NCBI GenBank assembly: GCA_043812915.1
Contig: JBDRLQ010000004.1
Span: forward strand, 56,704-120,703
Length of the DNA: 64,000 nucleotides
Source of the DNA: Candidatus Micrarchaeota archaeon
GTDB taxonomy: Archaea; Micrarchaeota; Micrarchaeia; Anstonellales; Bilamarchaeaceae
Reading direction: 5' to 3'
The notes under the pieces were generated by a model. It saw nothing but the letters and a program-made list of their open reading frames with translations, made no database searches and had not been told where the DNA came from. The position numbers and the translations under genes are program-made. This document shows positions 15,617-25,800 of the stretch, one piece after another (position 1 is the stretch's first letter; the number at the start of each line of letters is the position of its first letter).

Positions 15617-16969
15617 ATGGCGAATCATACTACTCTCAGAAGGAAGACTGATTCTGTTGTGCCCTCAGGGGTAGGGACACCGGTCGGCCCAAGACAGCTG
15701 ATGAAGATGGTCTCAAGGCAGATCGAGCTTGCCAGGCGCATGCCAGCCCCGGAGATGATCAGGAATGTTGGCGGAAAATCTGCAACAGCGCTCCTGAAAC
15801 TTGGAAAGGAACTGTTTTTCAGGGATGCCAGGGTGGTATCCGGAGTAACAAGAGTGGTCGGAACCAAGGACCCGGCAAGCATCATCAGGGCATACCGGCT
15901 TCTCATGGAGGCCATGGTCGAGCCCGAGCAGCTTGTCGCTTACAAGAGGGGCAGTGAAGGCCGCCTCAGGGGACATGTGAAGATTAAAAACGGCGATGGG
16001 GAAGCGCACGTTGAAAGGCAGAGGGAAGGGCTCGACACAGGGCTTGACGATGTTGTGAGGATGGCATTCGAGAACAATGCGGTGTTCTACAGGCACGATA
16101 GGAAATTGTTCATGGCGGACAGGGAGAATCCTGTAATCCAGGAAGTGCGGTTCCCGGGCCTGGAATCCGAGGGCTCAAGGCTGGTCATCCCGTTTTCAGA
16201 CGGCTTCGGCCTTATTGATGTTACCGGAAAAGACCTCACGTTCGGAGGGCTTGGCGATGTCCATGAGGCGCTGATGCTAGCGGGCGTTGACCTTTCGGTT
16301 TTATTCTCATTGAAGATGGTGGCTGAAATCGACCACCTGACAGGGCTCTATAACCGGAGGACATTCGAGGAACTGTTCCTGCATTATGCGGAACTGTTCC
16401 TTTCAGAGGGACAGAACACTACCCTGCTAATGCTTGATATTGACAAATTCAAGTCGGTCAATGATACCTACGGCCATTCTGCAGGTGATGCGGTCCTGGC
16501 GATGACTGCGGACAAGATGTACGGCACCCTGAGGGTCTCGGACCCTATTGCGCATGGCCATGTGGGTGAGGTAGAAGGAGAGAAGCCTGTCCGCTATGGC
16601 GGAGAGGAATTCGCCGTGCTCCTTGCAAACAGCAACGAGGGAGGGGCGCTTATTGCGGCAAGAAGGTGCGCACAAGCGCTCAAGGCCGCAACTGTCATCC
16701 ACGCCGGGCGCCCGATTTCAGTTACCGCAAGCTTTGGCGCGGCAAGCTTCGCAACCGCGCAGGAAGCACTCGAGCTCGGCCTTTCCATTGAGAGCGAGAA
16801 AATCATGGGCGGCCGCGGGAAGTCCGAGGTCCAGAAACTGATGGATGCGGTAGTCGCTCTATGCGACAAGGCGCTCTACGCGTCCAAGGAGCGGGGAAGG
16901 AGAAGGATGTCAGTTCCGGTTGTAAACAGCGAAAAACAAACAGTGGAATTCGAGACGCATACTGACTAA
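15617..16969 (+). CDS. GGDEF-domain diguanylate cyclase with uncharacterised N-terminal domain
   Basis: DHLTGLYNRR, LLMLDIDKFKSVNDTYGHSAGDAVL, RYGGEEFAVLL, VTASFG, DKALYASKERGR. Confidence 0.93.
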   Translation: MANHTTLRRKTDSVVPSGVGTPVGPRQLMKMVSRQIELARRMPAPEMIRNVGGKSATALLKLGKELFFRDARVVSGVTRVVGTKDPASIIRAYRLLMEAMVEPEQLVAYKRGSEGRLRGHVKIKNGDGEAHVERQREGLDTGLDDVVRMAFENNAVFYRHDRKLFMADRENPVIQEVRFPGLESEGSRLVIPFSDGFGLIDVTGKDLTFGGLGDVHEALMLAGVDLSVLFSLKMVAEIDHLTGLYNRRTFEELFLHYAELFLSEGQNTTLLMLDIDKFKSVNDTYGHSAGDAVLAMTADKMYGTLRVSDPIAHGHVGEVEGEKPVRYGGEEFAVLLANSNEGGALIAARRCAQALKAATVIHAGRPISVTASFGAASFATAQEALELGLSIESEKIMGGRGKSEVQKLMDAVVALCDKALYASKERGRRRMSVPVVNSEKQTVEFETHTD

Positions 16970-17046
16970 CTCTTGTTTCCATCGACGATAACATTAGGAA
17001 GCCATAAAAACAAGTTCTGCTCCAATCTCAATTGGAGGTGGAAAAA

Positions 17047-17358
17047 ATGGCAGCCCAGAACGGTCGTGCGGTTGATCAAGGGGGTCGCAGTGTACGCAGC
17101 CTCGCCCACAGGAAAGCTGATTCTTTAGCCAAAGATCCAAGGCAGTCCATAGCAATTGTCGCTCCACCCCTGGTTAGCGTCCGGAACGAGACTCCTGAGA
17201 AAAAAAGCCCACTTGGCGATTTTGTGGATGGGGTCAAGAAATTCGTCAAGCGCGTCAAGAAGGTCACAATTGATTCGGACAAGCCGTTCGAGAATGTGGA
17301 GAAGCCTGTTCCCGAAGCGGCCATGGGAATGGTCGCGACAAGGCTCGCAACCAACTAG
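17047..17358 (+). CDS. Hypothetical protein
   Basis: Strong SD GGAGGTG before ATG 17047; directly downstream of GGDEF gene. Confidence 0.6.
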   Translation: MAAQNGRAVDQGGRSVRSLAHRKADSLAKDPRQSIAIVAPPLVSVRNETPEKKSPLGDFVDGVKKFVKRVKKVTIDSDKPFENVEKPVPEAAMGMVATRLATN

Positions 17359-17399
17359 TTAAGTGCGCAGGTCTCTTGACAAGGGAAAAAGCGCTTTTT

Positions 17400-17951
17400 A
17401 TGGAAACGGCGCTGTTTATGAAAGACCGAGAGCAGTGGCGCTCCTGGCTTGAGAAGAACCATTCAAGCAAGAAAGAGATTTGGCTAATCTATTTCAAGAA
17501 GCACACCAAGAAGAAATCGGTTTCTTATAATGAGGCGGTCGAGGAAGCCATCTGCTTCGGCTGGATTGACGGCAAGGTGCGCACCATTGATGATGAGCGC
17601 TTCATGCGGCGGTATTCCCCAAGGAGGGCGCGCAGCATCTGGGCGCAGTCCAACATCCGGCGCGCGAATAAGATGATAAATGAGGGCAGGATGACCGAGT
17701 ATGGCCTTGAGCTGTTCCGGAAAAAGAAGAAGGAATCGGTTGTGAAGAAGCGCTACATAGTGCCCAAGGACCTTGGGGAAGCCCTTTCTGAAAACAAACT
17801 TGCGAAAGCCATCTTCGCGAAGCTAGCCCCATCGCACAGGAAGCATTATGTGTGGTGGATAGAGAGCGCTAAAAAAGAGGAAACAAGAAAAAGAAGGATA
17901 AAAAGAGTTGTCAAATGGGTTTCCGAGAACAAGAAGCCCGGGATGATGTAG
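17400..17951 (+). CDS. YdeI/OmpD-associated family protein
   Basis: WRSWLEKNH, EEAICFGWIDG, SPRRARSIW, VPKDLGEAL, WIESAKKEETRKRRI. Confidence 0.9.
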   Translation: METALFMKDREQWRSWLEKNHSSKKEIWLIYFKKHTKKKSVSYNEAVEEAICFGWIDGKVRTIDDERFMRRYSPRRARSIWAQSNIRRANKMINEGRMTEYGLELFRKKKKESVVKKRYIVPKDLGEALSENKLAKAIFAKLAPSHRKHYVWWIESAKKEETRKRRIKRVVKWVSENKKPGMM

Positions 17952-17953
17952 TC

Positions 17954-18871
17954 CTAGAAAGCAATCCTCTCCCCGGGCACCCTCGGGAACGGGCATACCT
18001 CCCGCACTGTTTTTCTGCCAGTTAAGAAGCGCACAAGCCTCTCGACACCGAAGCCTCCCCCGGCGCTCGGCTTCAGGAGGCCCCTCCTTGCTATCTCAAG
18101 GTATGAGGAGTATGGTGAGGGATCCGTCTTCCTCTCTGCCATCTTGCGCAGAATGACATCGTAATCCGTCTCCCTCTCCGCCCCGGACAAGCCCTCGCCA
18201 AGGCCCTCCGGATACATCAGGTCATAGTTGATGTGCTTCTTGCTTACCGGATCCTCCTTGTCATAGAATTCCCTGTAATGGTCTAGCACCCAGAACGGCT
18301 GTGTCTCCTTGAGCGAAATCTCCCTTTCCCAGTCAGGGCCGAACTCCCTCTCAAGCTCGGAGCTCTCATAGACCGGGAACGGTGCGTACGGCATCTTCAC
18401 TTCCCTGCCCAGCCTCTTCAGGGAGTCTGAGCATTCCCTTTTGGCATATGAGAACATGTGGAGGTAGAGCCTCTCCAGCAACCCTCGGAACTCCCTGCCT
18501 TTGGCCCCCTTCAGCTCGATGTCCACCTGGCTGAATTCGATAAGGTGCCTTCCGCTTCTGCCCGTTTCTCCATGCTCCAGCCTGATGTTCGGGGAAACGA
18601 TGTAAATCCCTTTCAAATCCTCGCGCATCAGAGAGAGCTGCTTGTGTAGTATCATGCTTTTTGTCAGCTGAAGTTTCTGCCCCTCATACTCGAGTGAGCC
18701 CTCATACACTTTGTGGGCCAGCGGGTCCGTGAACGGGGATAGCATAACCGGCATGAGCTGGACCAGATTCTCGTTCCACATGAAATCATGAAGGCTTCGC
18801 AGCACTGCGCTCTGCACGCGCAGGATATCCCCCATCTCCGGTCTTGTTATGTGCCCTATTGCTGTTTCCAT
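17954..18871 (-). CDS. asnA: Archaeal asparagine synthetase A (AsnRS-like, lacking anticodon domain)
   Basis: LSPFTDPL, LTKSMILHKQL, SPNIRLE, RHLIEFSQVDIE, GEGLSGAERE, PSAGGGFGVERL. Confidence 0.92.
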   Translation of the reverse strand: METAIGHITRPEMGDILRVQSAVLRSLHDFMWNENLVQLMPVMLSPFTDPLAHKVYEGSLEYEGQKLQLTKSMILHKQLSLMREDLKGIYIVSPNIRLEHGETGRSGRHLIEFSQVDIELKGAKGREFRGLLERLYLHMFSYAKRECSDSLKRLGREVKMPYAPFPVYESSELEREFGPDWEREISLKETQPFWVLDHYREFYDKEDPVSKKHINYDLMYPEGLGEGLSGAERETDYDVILRKMAERKTDPSPYSSYLEIARRGLLKPSAGGGFGVERLVRFLTGRKTVREVCPFPRVPGERIAF

Positions 18872-18996
18872 ATGATTCACCCTTTGGTGTATTTGAGAAG
18901 GTGCTTGAACTTGTATATATAATTTGTCCCGCCAAACTGGAAGAAATCATCAAAAAAGTGATATATTTATAAGCAAATCGGAACATATGTTCTAAT

Positions 18997-19443
18997 ATGA
19001 GTGAAGACATCGACGAAAAAGATTTGGCCATCCTCGAAGTGCTGGAAGAGCACGGAGATTATACCGTGAGGCAGATTGCGAAGAAGACCCTTCTCGCGCC
19101 GACGACAGTCCATGCCAGGATAAAGAAACTGAAGAAAAAAGGGATAATCAGGAGATTCACAATCGACATAAACCATGGGAAGCTGGGCAGGAAGCTTGGC
19201 GCATATATACTTGTCTCCGCAGACCTCAAATACCTTAAGGAAAGGCACAGGACCCAATATGACCTGGCCGAGGAAATCCGGAAGCTATCCGGGGTGCGGA
19301 AAGTGGACATTGTAGCTGGCGGGACCGACCTTGTCGTACGAATCCTGGTAAAAGACATGGATGAGCTGGACCGGCTCCTCCTCAACCGCCTCCAGCTCCT
19401 TGAGGGCGTCTCCAACACGCAGACGATGATAATAATCCACTGA
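18997..19443 (+). CDS. Lrp/AsnC family transcriptional regulator
   Basis: IDEKDLAILEVL...RQIAKK...TTVHARIKKLKKKGII HTH plus RAM domain; divergent from asnA. Confidence 0.92.
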   Translation: MSEDIDEKDLAILEVLEEHGDYTVRQIAKKTLLAPTTVHARIKKLKKKGIIRRFTIDINHGKLGRKLGAYILVSADLKYLKERHRTQYDLAEEIRKLSGVRKVDIVAGGTDLVVRILVKDMDELDRLLLNRLQLLEGVSNTQTMIIIH

Positions 19444-19498
19444 TGCGCGGTGGAGCGTTCTTAAACCCCCGGGAGGATATTCATTCAAGTGTTTCCCG

Positions 19499-20836
19499 AT
19501 GCCTAATGAGAAAAAGAGCAGGGCAGCAGAATTCCTGAAAGACTACAAGGGGGCCCTGCACAAGCTCGCCATCCCCATGCTGATCGGGTTTGGCGTTACC
19601 ACGCTCTATAATGTAGTGGACACCATATTCGTGGGGGGCCTTGGCTACGAGGCGATTGCGGCGCTGACATTCGCATTCCCCGTGTTCTTCTTCATGTTCG
19701 CGATATCGATGGGGCTTGGCGTCGGCTTCACGGCGACAATAGCCATGGCAATCGGCGCAAAGGACAAGGGGCGCGCGGACAACGCGGCGGAGCACGCGAT
19801 GCTGCTCTCTGCGCTTCTGGGTATTGGGTTTGGAGTCATCGGCTGGTGGCTATGCCCGTCTATTTTCTCGCTGCTTGGCGCGGAAGGCAGGGTGCTCGAC
19901 TTGTCCGTGGAATACTTTAACATAATATTCATCAGCCTGCCGATTCTTTTCTGGGGCGTCTTCGGCCGCGCTGTGCTGGCCGGGGAAGGGGATATGGACA
20001 TGCCCATGAAGGTGGTGGTGGTTTCGTCCTTCATCAACATCGTTCTTGACCCGCTATTCATCTATGCCTTTGGCTGGGGCATCGCCGGGGCCGCCTGGGC
20101 GACAGTGCTCTCAAGCCTTTTCGTGGCGCTGGTCTACACATACTTCCTTGTCTCTAAGAAAGGTTCGTACATAGACCTTGACCTGCGGGACTTCCGCTTC
20201 AGCCCCGGCATTTTCAGGCAGGCCGCTCTAATCGGCATCCCGGCCATGCTTGCACAGGGGACTATGGCGCTGGGCCAGGCGTTCATAAACCTCATGGTGG
20301 CGCCTTTCGGGGCTGTTGCTGTCGCCGGCTTCGGGCTCGGGGTCCGTGTCGACTTCGTGATATTCATACCATTCATGGCCGTTGGCGGCGCGCTTACCAC
20401 TCTTGCAGGCATGTATCACGGGGCTGGCAGGGATGAGCTGATTAGGAAAGTTCTTTACCACGCGATATCCATATGCTTCGTTGTTTCTGTTCTGGCCGGC
20501 ATCCCGCTCTACATTTTCGCAGAGCCGGCCCTTTCAATCTTCACCGATGATCCTGAAGTGATTTCCGTCGGCGTACAATACATCAGGCTGATTGTTTTCG
20601 TGTATCCGCTGGTCGCAATCGCCATGAATATCGGGCGCACCCTCTCTGGAGTCGGAAAGTCGCTTGAGGGGCTGATAATCACATCGACCCGGGTATTCAT
20701 CGTTTTCATTCCCGCGGCAATTTATTTTACAACTGTGCTTGGGATGGGGCTTGAGGGTATCTGGTACGCCATAATCTGCGCCGGAATAGTGTCGGCATCG
20801 GTTGCTATCTATCTTTTGCGCATGCTGCCAAAATAA
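19499..20836 (+). CDS. MATE family efflux transporter
   Basis: KLAIPMLIG, LYNVVDTIFVG, NIVLDPLFI, GIAGAAWAT; about 12 TM. Confidence 0.95.
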   Translation: MPNEKKSRAAEFLKDYKGALHKLAIPMLIGFGVTTLYNVVDTIFVGGLGYEAIAALTFAFPVFFFMFAISMGLGVGFTATIAMAIGAKDKGRADNAAEHAMLLSALLGIGFGVIGWWLCPSIFSLLGAEGRVLDLSVEYFNIIFISLPILFWGVFGRAVLAGEGDMDMPMKVVVVSSFINIVLDPLFIYAFGWGIAGAAWATVLSSLFVALVYTYFLVSKKGSYIDLDLRDFRFSPGIFRQAALIGIPAMLAQGTMALGQAFINLMVAPFGAVAVAGFGLGVRVDFVIFIPFMAVGGALTTLAGMYHGAGRDELIRKVLYHAISICFVVSVLAGIPLYIFAEPALSIFTDDPEVISVGVQYIRLIVFVYPLVAIAMNIGRTLSGVGKSLEGLIITSTRVFIVFIPAAIYFTTVLGMGLEGIWYAIICAGIVSASVAIYLLRMLPK

Positions 20837-20838
20837 TT

Positions 20839-21831
20839 TTAATCCCTCATCGCGTCCAGCTTCTCAATCTCGCGAATCATGTTGAAGATGGCTTCCCGGG
20901 TTTTGCTCTCTCTAGATACGCCCCTCACTTCCCAAGCGCACGAGCGGTAGGTCTTGTGCATACCGAAATCAGCCAAAACAAAACTAAACAGGTGCTGCAT
21001 GAAAATCTCATGCTGTTCCGGGCCCAGCTTCTGGATGGCCCTGCTGCTGGCCCTGGGATTGAAATCCTCGTTCCACCTGAGCAGTGAAATCGCGAGCCGG
21101 TCGTAGAATACCATGCTCTGGAAAATGGACATGCCATCGGCCAGCTCGTTCAGCCCTTCCCCTCCCCTTTCCAGCGAAAGGTCGATGAGCCTCATTATGC
21201 CGAGCGTCTCCGCCCTGAACGCTATTCCCGCCCTTGCCATGCATTCTGTGTTGAAATGCTCTCCCATGAACGGGTTCTCCAGTCTCAGGTACCTCCTTGC
21301 TTTTGACTCCCGAACCTTCCTCCGGTCGTAATCTACGACCTTGATTGAGTCCAGGTAATTAATCATGCCTAGCAACTGGCCCTGGTCCGCCTCCGCCATT
21401 ATCCTGCGGTATAACGCCGCCTGCTCCGGATACGGAAGCTTTGAAATCAGCTTATCCGGCTCATCCAGCGAGGGGGATGTGTGGTCGAAGAATCTCATAA
21501 TGCTATCCTGCTTGTATGTGGTCGGATTCTTTCCTCTTTCGCAGGTTATCGATTCCTGGCTAAAGAGCCTCTCCGCAATCTCTTGGAGCGGGGCGTTCCC
21601 ATCGTATTCTGGGAGCCTTGGCGGAGGAGCTTTCAGAGGGGCATTCGCCTTTTTCCGAGGCCTCTTTGCGGCCTGTGCGCTCCCGTGCGGCTGCGCGTCT
21701 GTCGCATTGCTCTGGATGCATCCTGGCAAAGCGAGGGCAGCGCTAAGGATGAGTGATGAAATGAGGATTCGGACCGGGCGCCTCTGCCTTCTCTCCGCTG
21801 TTTTTGATTGTGCCCTCAGCTTCCTCTCCAT
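20839..21831 (-). CDS. Hypothetical secreted/lipoprotein (paralog of 21871..22923)
   Basis: Signal with LPGC lipobox-like end; shared blocks with neighbour. Confidence 0.7.
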   Translation of the reverse strand: MERKLRAQSKTAERRQRRPVRILISSLILSAALALPGCIQSNATDAQPHGSAQAAKRPRKKANAPLKAPPPRLPEYDGNAPLQEIAERLFSQESITCERGKNPTTYKQDSIMRFFDHTSPSLDEPDKLISKLPYPEQAALYRRIMAEADQGQLLGMINYLDSIKVVDYDRRKVRESKARRYLRLENPFMGEHFNTECMARAGIAFRAETLGIMRLIDLSLERGGEGLNELADGMSIFQSMVFYDRLAISLLRWNEDFNPRASSRAIQKLGPEQHEIFMQHLFSFVLADFGMHKTYRSCAWEVRGVSRESKTREAIFNMIREIEKLDAMRD

Positions 21832-21870
21832 TAGATTCCATTCTGGAACAAAGAATTAATAAACCGGTTT

Positions 21871-22923
21871 TCACCAGTCCCCGAGGGGGTTCTGCTCGCG
21901 CCTTTCCACTTCCTGGAAAATGCGGCTGATTCCCCTTCTTATTGTGGGGTCCCTGGTAGTCCCCCTCACTTCCCTTGCCGTGGACCTGAAAGAGCCGTTT
22001 TCCATCGCGTTGATGAAGACGAAATCAAAGAGCCTCTCGAAGAATTCCCATTTGTGGTCTTCGGACAGCCTGCCAAGCACCCTGCTCGTGAACCTGGCGT
22101 TGAATGCGGCGTCATGCTCGAAGAGCGCAATTGAGAGCCTGTCATAAAAGATTTCCTGAAGGTTCAGGGGCATCCGGTCGGCAAGCTCATCAATCCCCCT
22201 GCCTTCCCTCTCAAGAGATCTGTCGATAAGTATCGTAATCACTCTGCTTGCCGCGAGCAGTGCGTTGCCAGCCCTCGCAACACATCCCTCCTCATAGAAC
22301 GGCCCCGGCTGGTATTCATTGACCGCGCGCAGATATTCTTCAACCCTGGAGTTCCATGCCCTGTCCCTCTCCCGGGCAACCCCAATGCTATCGAGCATCT
22401 CCAGCACCTCAATCAGCACATTCTCATCCTGCTCTGATTCCAGCATCTCGAAAAGCCCTGTCGGTGAAGGGATGGATTCCGGGCTTCTTAGGGGATTTGA
22501 TAATGCGGGCGAATTATGGTCAAAATGTAGCATGAATGCCATTCTGCTAAAATCAAAAGTCCTGGAAGTCCTCTGACAGGTGATGCTTTCTTCGCTGAAC
22601 TCCCGGCTCATTTCCTCAAGGACGCTCCTTGGTCCTGCATCCTCCTGCTCCGCGGGTCTTTCCGCCTCCCTATCTTCGGGCTGATGCCGCTGGGCTTCAG
22701 CATCCCGGCTCTGCACCAGAGGCGGCCTTATAGGTTCTGCACATGGCTCAATCCTTCCTATGGCTGCGCTGGCATGGTTCAGTTCTTTCCCGTCATCATT
22801 GCAGCCCCTCCATAAAAGGAAGGTCGCTGCCACAGCTGCTGCGATGGCAGGCGCTGCCATGAGCAGCCTCCGGCGCGGTGCTGGTTTCACCTGGGGCTGC
22901 CCGGGGAAAAGTTTTCTGAACAT
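21871..22923 (-). CDS. Hypothetical membrane-anchored protein (paralog of 20839..21831)
   Basis: N-terminal TM; FSEESITCQR, FDHNSPAL, CVARAG, FYDRL shared with neighbour. Confidence 0.7.
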   Translation of the reverse strand: MFRKLFPGQPQVKPAPRRRLLMAAPAIAAAVAATFLLWRGCNDDGKELNHASAAIGRIEPCAEPIRPPLVQSRDAEAQRHQPEDREAERPAEQEDAGPRSVLEEMSREFSEESITCQRTSRTFDFSRMAFMLHFDHNSPALSNPLRSPESIPSPTGLFEMLESEQDENVLIEVLEMLDSIGVARERDRAWNSRVEEYLRAVNEYQPGPFYEEGCVARAGNALLAASRVITILIDRSLEREGRGIDELADRMPLNLQEIFYDRLSIALFEHDAAFNARFTSRVLGRLSEDHKWEFFERLFDFVFINAMENGSFRSTAREVRGTTRDPTIRRGISRIFQEVERREQNPLGDW

Positions 22924-22974
22924 ATTATACCATTTAATGACAAATAATTAAAAAGGGATAACAAAAGAAAAAGT

Positions 22975-24126
22975 TCACCGGAGGCGTGGCCTTGCCATCC
23001 TGAAATCCGCGCCGCCGTGCCGAATCTGTGAAAGGGTGTTGATTGCAATCTGGAACTGCTCTGGATCCACCCTCATCCTGCTTGCCGCCGCCCCCCCGCG
23101 CTCGAAAATCCCGATAAGCGCATCCCTGCGGGTTGTGAGCAACTCGACAGCCCTGTCGATAAGCCTGCTCCTGGCATTGCCAATCTCAACGCGCTCTGTG
23201 CCAACTTCACTAAGTTCGCTCCTTGCCTGTTCGATGGTATCCTCAATCAGGCCCAGGACATTCTCCTCGATTAGAGGGTCTGTGATATGGCGCCCGACGA
23301 CAACAACCGCTTCGTCCATTATCGCTATTACTCCTGCCCTGAAATCACCGCCCCGGGTATTTGCCAGGAATGCGGAGCTTATGTTCCGCTCGACAACCCC
23401 CAGAATCGCGTCCGACTGGGCATAGCGGCCTTCCATCGTTTCCGGGTCTGGCAAGGGCATATCTCCCAAATCTTGGGGCGTGAGCGCGCCTGTCCGAAGC
23501 TCATATATGACTTCACGCGCTTCCCGGACAAGGTCCAGCCTCAGCCTCGCGGAATTATTCAAATCAATGCCGCCCCTCTCCATGAGCCTGCCTAATGCCT
23601 CAGTGACGACGGAGCCGATCAGGCTCTGGACTTCTCCTCTCTCAAGCGCGTTTTCGACGGCAACTTCAGCGAACTGATCCGCGTGCTCGATGACCTCCCT
23701 CATATATGATGAGACGTTCCTTTCAGTGTATGCGCTCTCGAGAATATGCGATGCCTCAGTGTATGAACCTGGATGCGCACTCCTTTCCGGAAGATGCCTG
23801 CCCCCGTCGGGCAACTCGGCCCATTCCCGGGCATCCATCTGGGGGTACATGCCTGCAATATCCGTTGCCCACCCAAGAAGATATGTTTCCAGCCGGCTTG
23901 GCGGAATCCTCTCTTCATGCGCTTCCTCAACAGCGCTGATATATCCATGCGCGGCGTCATGGATGGCCTGCCGGGCAATTGAGGTAATCCTGCTTGCCTC
24001 CTCTGGCTCAAACTGCTGAAGTTCAATCCTCACAGATACGAACTCATATATATTGTCGATTGCCGCCTGAACTTCCTCCCTTAGCGTTGTTTCCGGACGC
24101 ATCCTTCTGCCTTCGGTCTGAGCCAT
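22975..24126 (-). CDS. Hypothetical helical Glu/Arg-rich protein
   Basis: 383-aa ORF with TATA upstream; no recognised motif. Confidence 0.65.
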   Translation of the reverse strand: MAQTEGRRMRPETTLREEVQAAIDNIYEFVSVRIELQQFEPEEASRITSIARQAIHDAAHGYISAVEEAHEERIPPSRLETYLLGWATDIAGMYPQMDAREWAELPDGGRHLPERSAHPGSYTEASHILESAYTERNVSSYMREVIEHADQFAEVAVENALERGEVQSLIGSVVTEALGRLMERGGIDLNNSARLRLDLVREAREVIYELRTGALTPQDLGDMPLPDPETMEGRYAQSDAILGVVERNISSAFLANTRGGDFRAGVIAIMDEAVVVVGRHITDPLIEENVLGLIEDTIEQARSELSEVGTERVEIGNARSRLIDRAVELLTTRRDALIGIFERGGAAASRMRVDPEQFQIAINTLSQIRHGGADFRMARPRLR

Positions 24127-24253
24127 AACAATCCCTTTGCCATAATGTTATAATATGTTTAAGAAGCCGCCCTAAAGCTTTAAAAATTTCTCGTATTAAG
24201 AACATTCTGCCTTTTTCTAGAAGGTTTTAACTAGTACAATGGAGGTTATGAAT

Positions 24254-25525
24254 ATGGCAAAGAAGGAACACCTGAACTTGGTCTTTATCGGCCACGTCGA
24301 CTCTGGTAAGTCGACTTCAGTTGGAAGAATCCTGTACGAGACAGGAGCGGTTTCAGAGCAGGTCCTAAAAAGACTTAAGGATGAAGCGGCGAAGGTAGGA
24401 AAAGCGACATTCGAGTTCGCCTTCGTCATGGACAGCCTGAAAGAAGAGAGGGAGCGCGGAGTTACAATCGACATCGCGCACAAGGAGTTCGAGACGGACA
24501 AGTACTATTGTACCATTATCGACGCGCCAGGGCACAGGGACTTTGTCAAGAACATGATTACCGGTGCCTCACAGGCAGACGCCGCAGTACTCATGGTTTC
24601 AGTGAAGGATGGTATCCAGCCGCAGACAAAGGAGCATGCGTTCCTTGCAAAAGTGCTTGGCATCAACCAGCTTGCAGTCAACCTTAACAAGATGGATGCT
24701 GTTAACTACTCCCAGGACGACTTCAACAAGGTCAAGGGAGAAGTTGAGAAGCTTCTTGCAGGCATCGGATACAAGGTTGCTGAAGTGCCTTTCATACCCT
24801 GCTCAGGATATGCGGGCGACAATGTCACCAAGAAGTCAGCCAATATGCCTTGGTACAACGGCCCGACGCTTCTTGAGGTAATCAACGGCTTCAAGATTCC
24901 GCCGAAGCCGGTCGATAAGCCGCTCAGGCTGCCCATCCAGGACGTCTTCACAATTACCGGACACGGAACCGTTCCAGTCGGAAGGGTCGAGACCGGTTCA
25001 ATGAAGCCTGGAGAGAGCGTTATCGTCATGCCTTCCGGCGCGAAGGGTGAAGTCAAGAAGATCGAGATGCACCACCAGGAACTCACTGTAGCTAACTGTG
25101 GTGACAACGTCGGTTTCAACCTGAAGGGTGTCGAGAAGAAGGACATCAACAGGGGAGACGTGCTCGGTCCCTCAAGCAGCCCGCCGAAAGTCGCGGATGA
25201 ATTCACCGCGCAGGTCGTCGTGCTCAACCACCCGACAGCAATAACAGTCGGATACACACCGGTGTTCCACATCCACACGGCCCAGTTCGCTGCGCGCGTG
25301 CTTGAGATTGTCGAGAAGAAAGACCCGAAGACCGGACAGCCAGTTCCTGGCAAGGTGGAGTTCATCAAGACCGGTGATGTCGCGGTGCTTAAAATCAAGC
25401 CGCTCAAGCCGGTCGTCATCGAGAAGTTCGCCGAGTTCCCGCCTCTTGGCAGGTTCGCAATCAGGGACATGGGCCAGACGGTCGCAGCCGGTGTCGGTCT
25501 CGATGTCAAAGCGAAGACCATGTAG
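24254..25525 (+). CDS. tuf: Translation elongation factor 1-alpha (aEF-1A)
   Basis: [41 protein letters not shown]. Confidence 0.99.
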   Translation: MAKKEHLNLVFIGHVDSGKSTSVGRILYETGAVSEQVLKRLKDEAAKVGKATFEFAFVMDSLKEERERGVTIDIAHKEFETDKYYCTIIDAPGHRDFVKNMITGASQADAAVLMVSVKDGIQPQTKEHAFLAKVLGINQLAVNLNKMDAVNYSQDDFNKVKGEVEKLLAGIGYKVAEVPFIPCSGYAGDNVTKKSANMPWYNGPTLLEVINGFKIPPKPVDKPLRLPIQDVFTITGHGTVPVGRVETGSMKPGESVIVMPSGAKGEVKKIEMHHQELTVANCGDNVGFNLKGVEKKDINRGDVLGPSSSPPKVADEFTAQVVVLNHPTAITVGYTPVFHIHTAQFAARVLEIVEKKDPKTGQPVPGKVEFIKTGDVAVLKIKPLKPVVIEKFAEFPPLGRFAIRDMGQTVAAGVGLDVKAKTM

Positions 25526-25800
25526 GTCTTCATTTTTCTTTTCTTTATTCCCTTTTTTTATATGTCAATTCCTGGGTAATTCTGGGCTTCGTCTTATTTT
25601 CAGCGCTTTCCGATATTCATCCACAGGCCGCATTGGGATGTCCTACCGTTGTCGGATGCAGGGGACGATTACACTGCCCTTAAACATTCTCAGGGAGTTG
25701 CAGTCATCTTCCGGGAATACAAGGCATCAGGGAACGTCTCTTGCCTGCTGCCATTTCGCTCGTAGCTACCCGTCTTTTTCTGCCTGCATTGCTGCCGCTT

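Noticed and set aside
15400..17050. c-di-GMP riboswitch or receptor near the GGDEF gene
   Set aside because: No GEMM-like consensus, and no PilZ (RxxxR...DxSxxG), EAL or HD-GYP motifs recognised in the window
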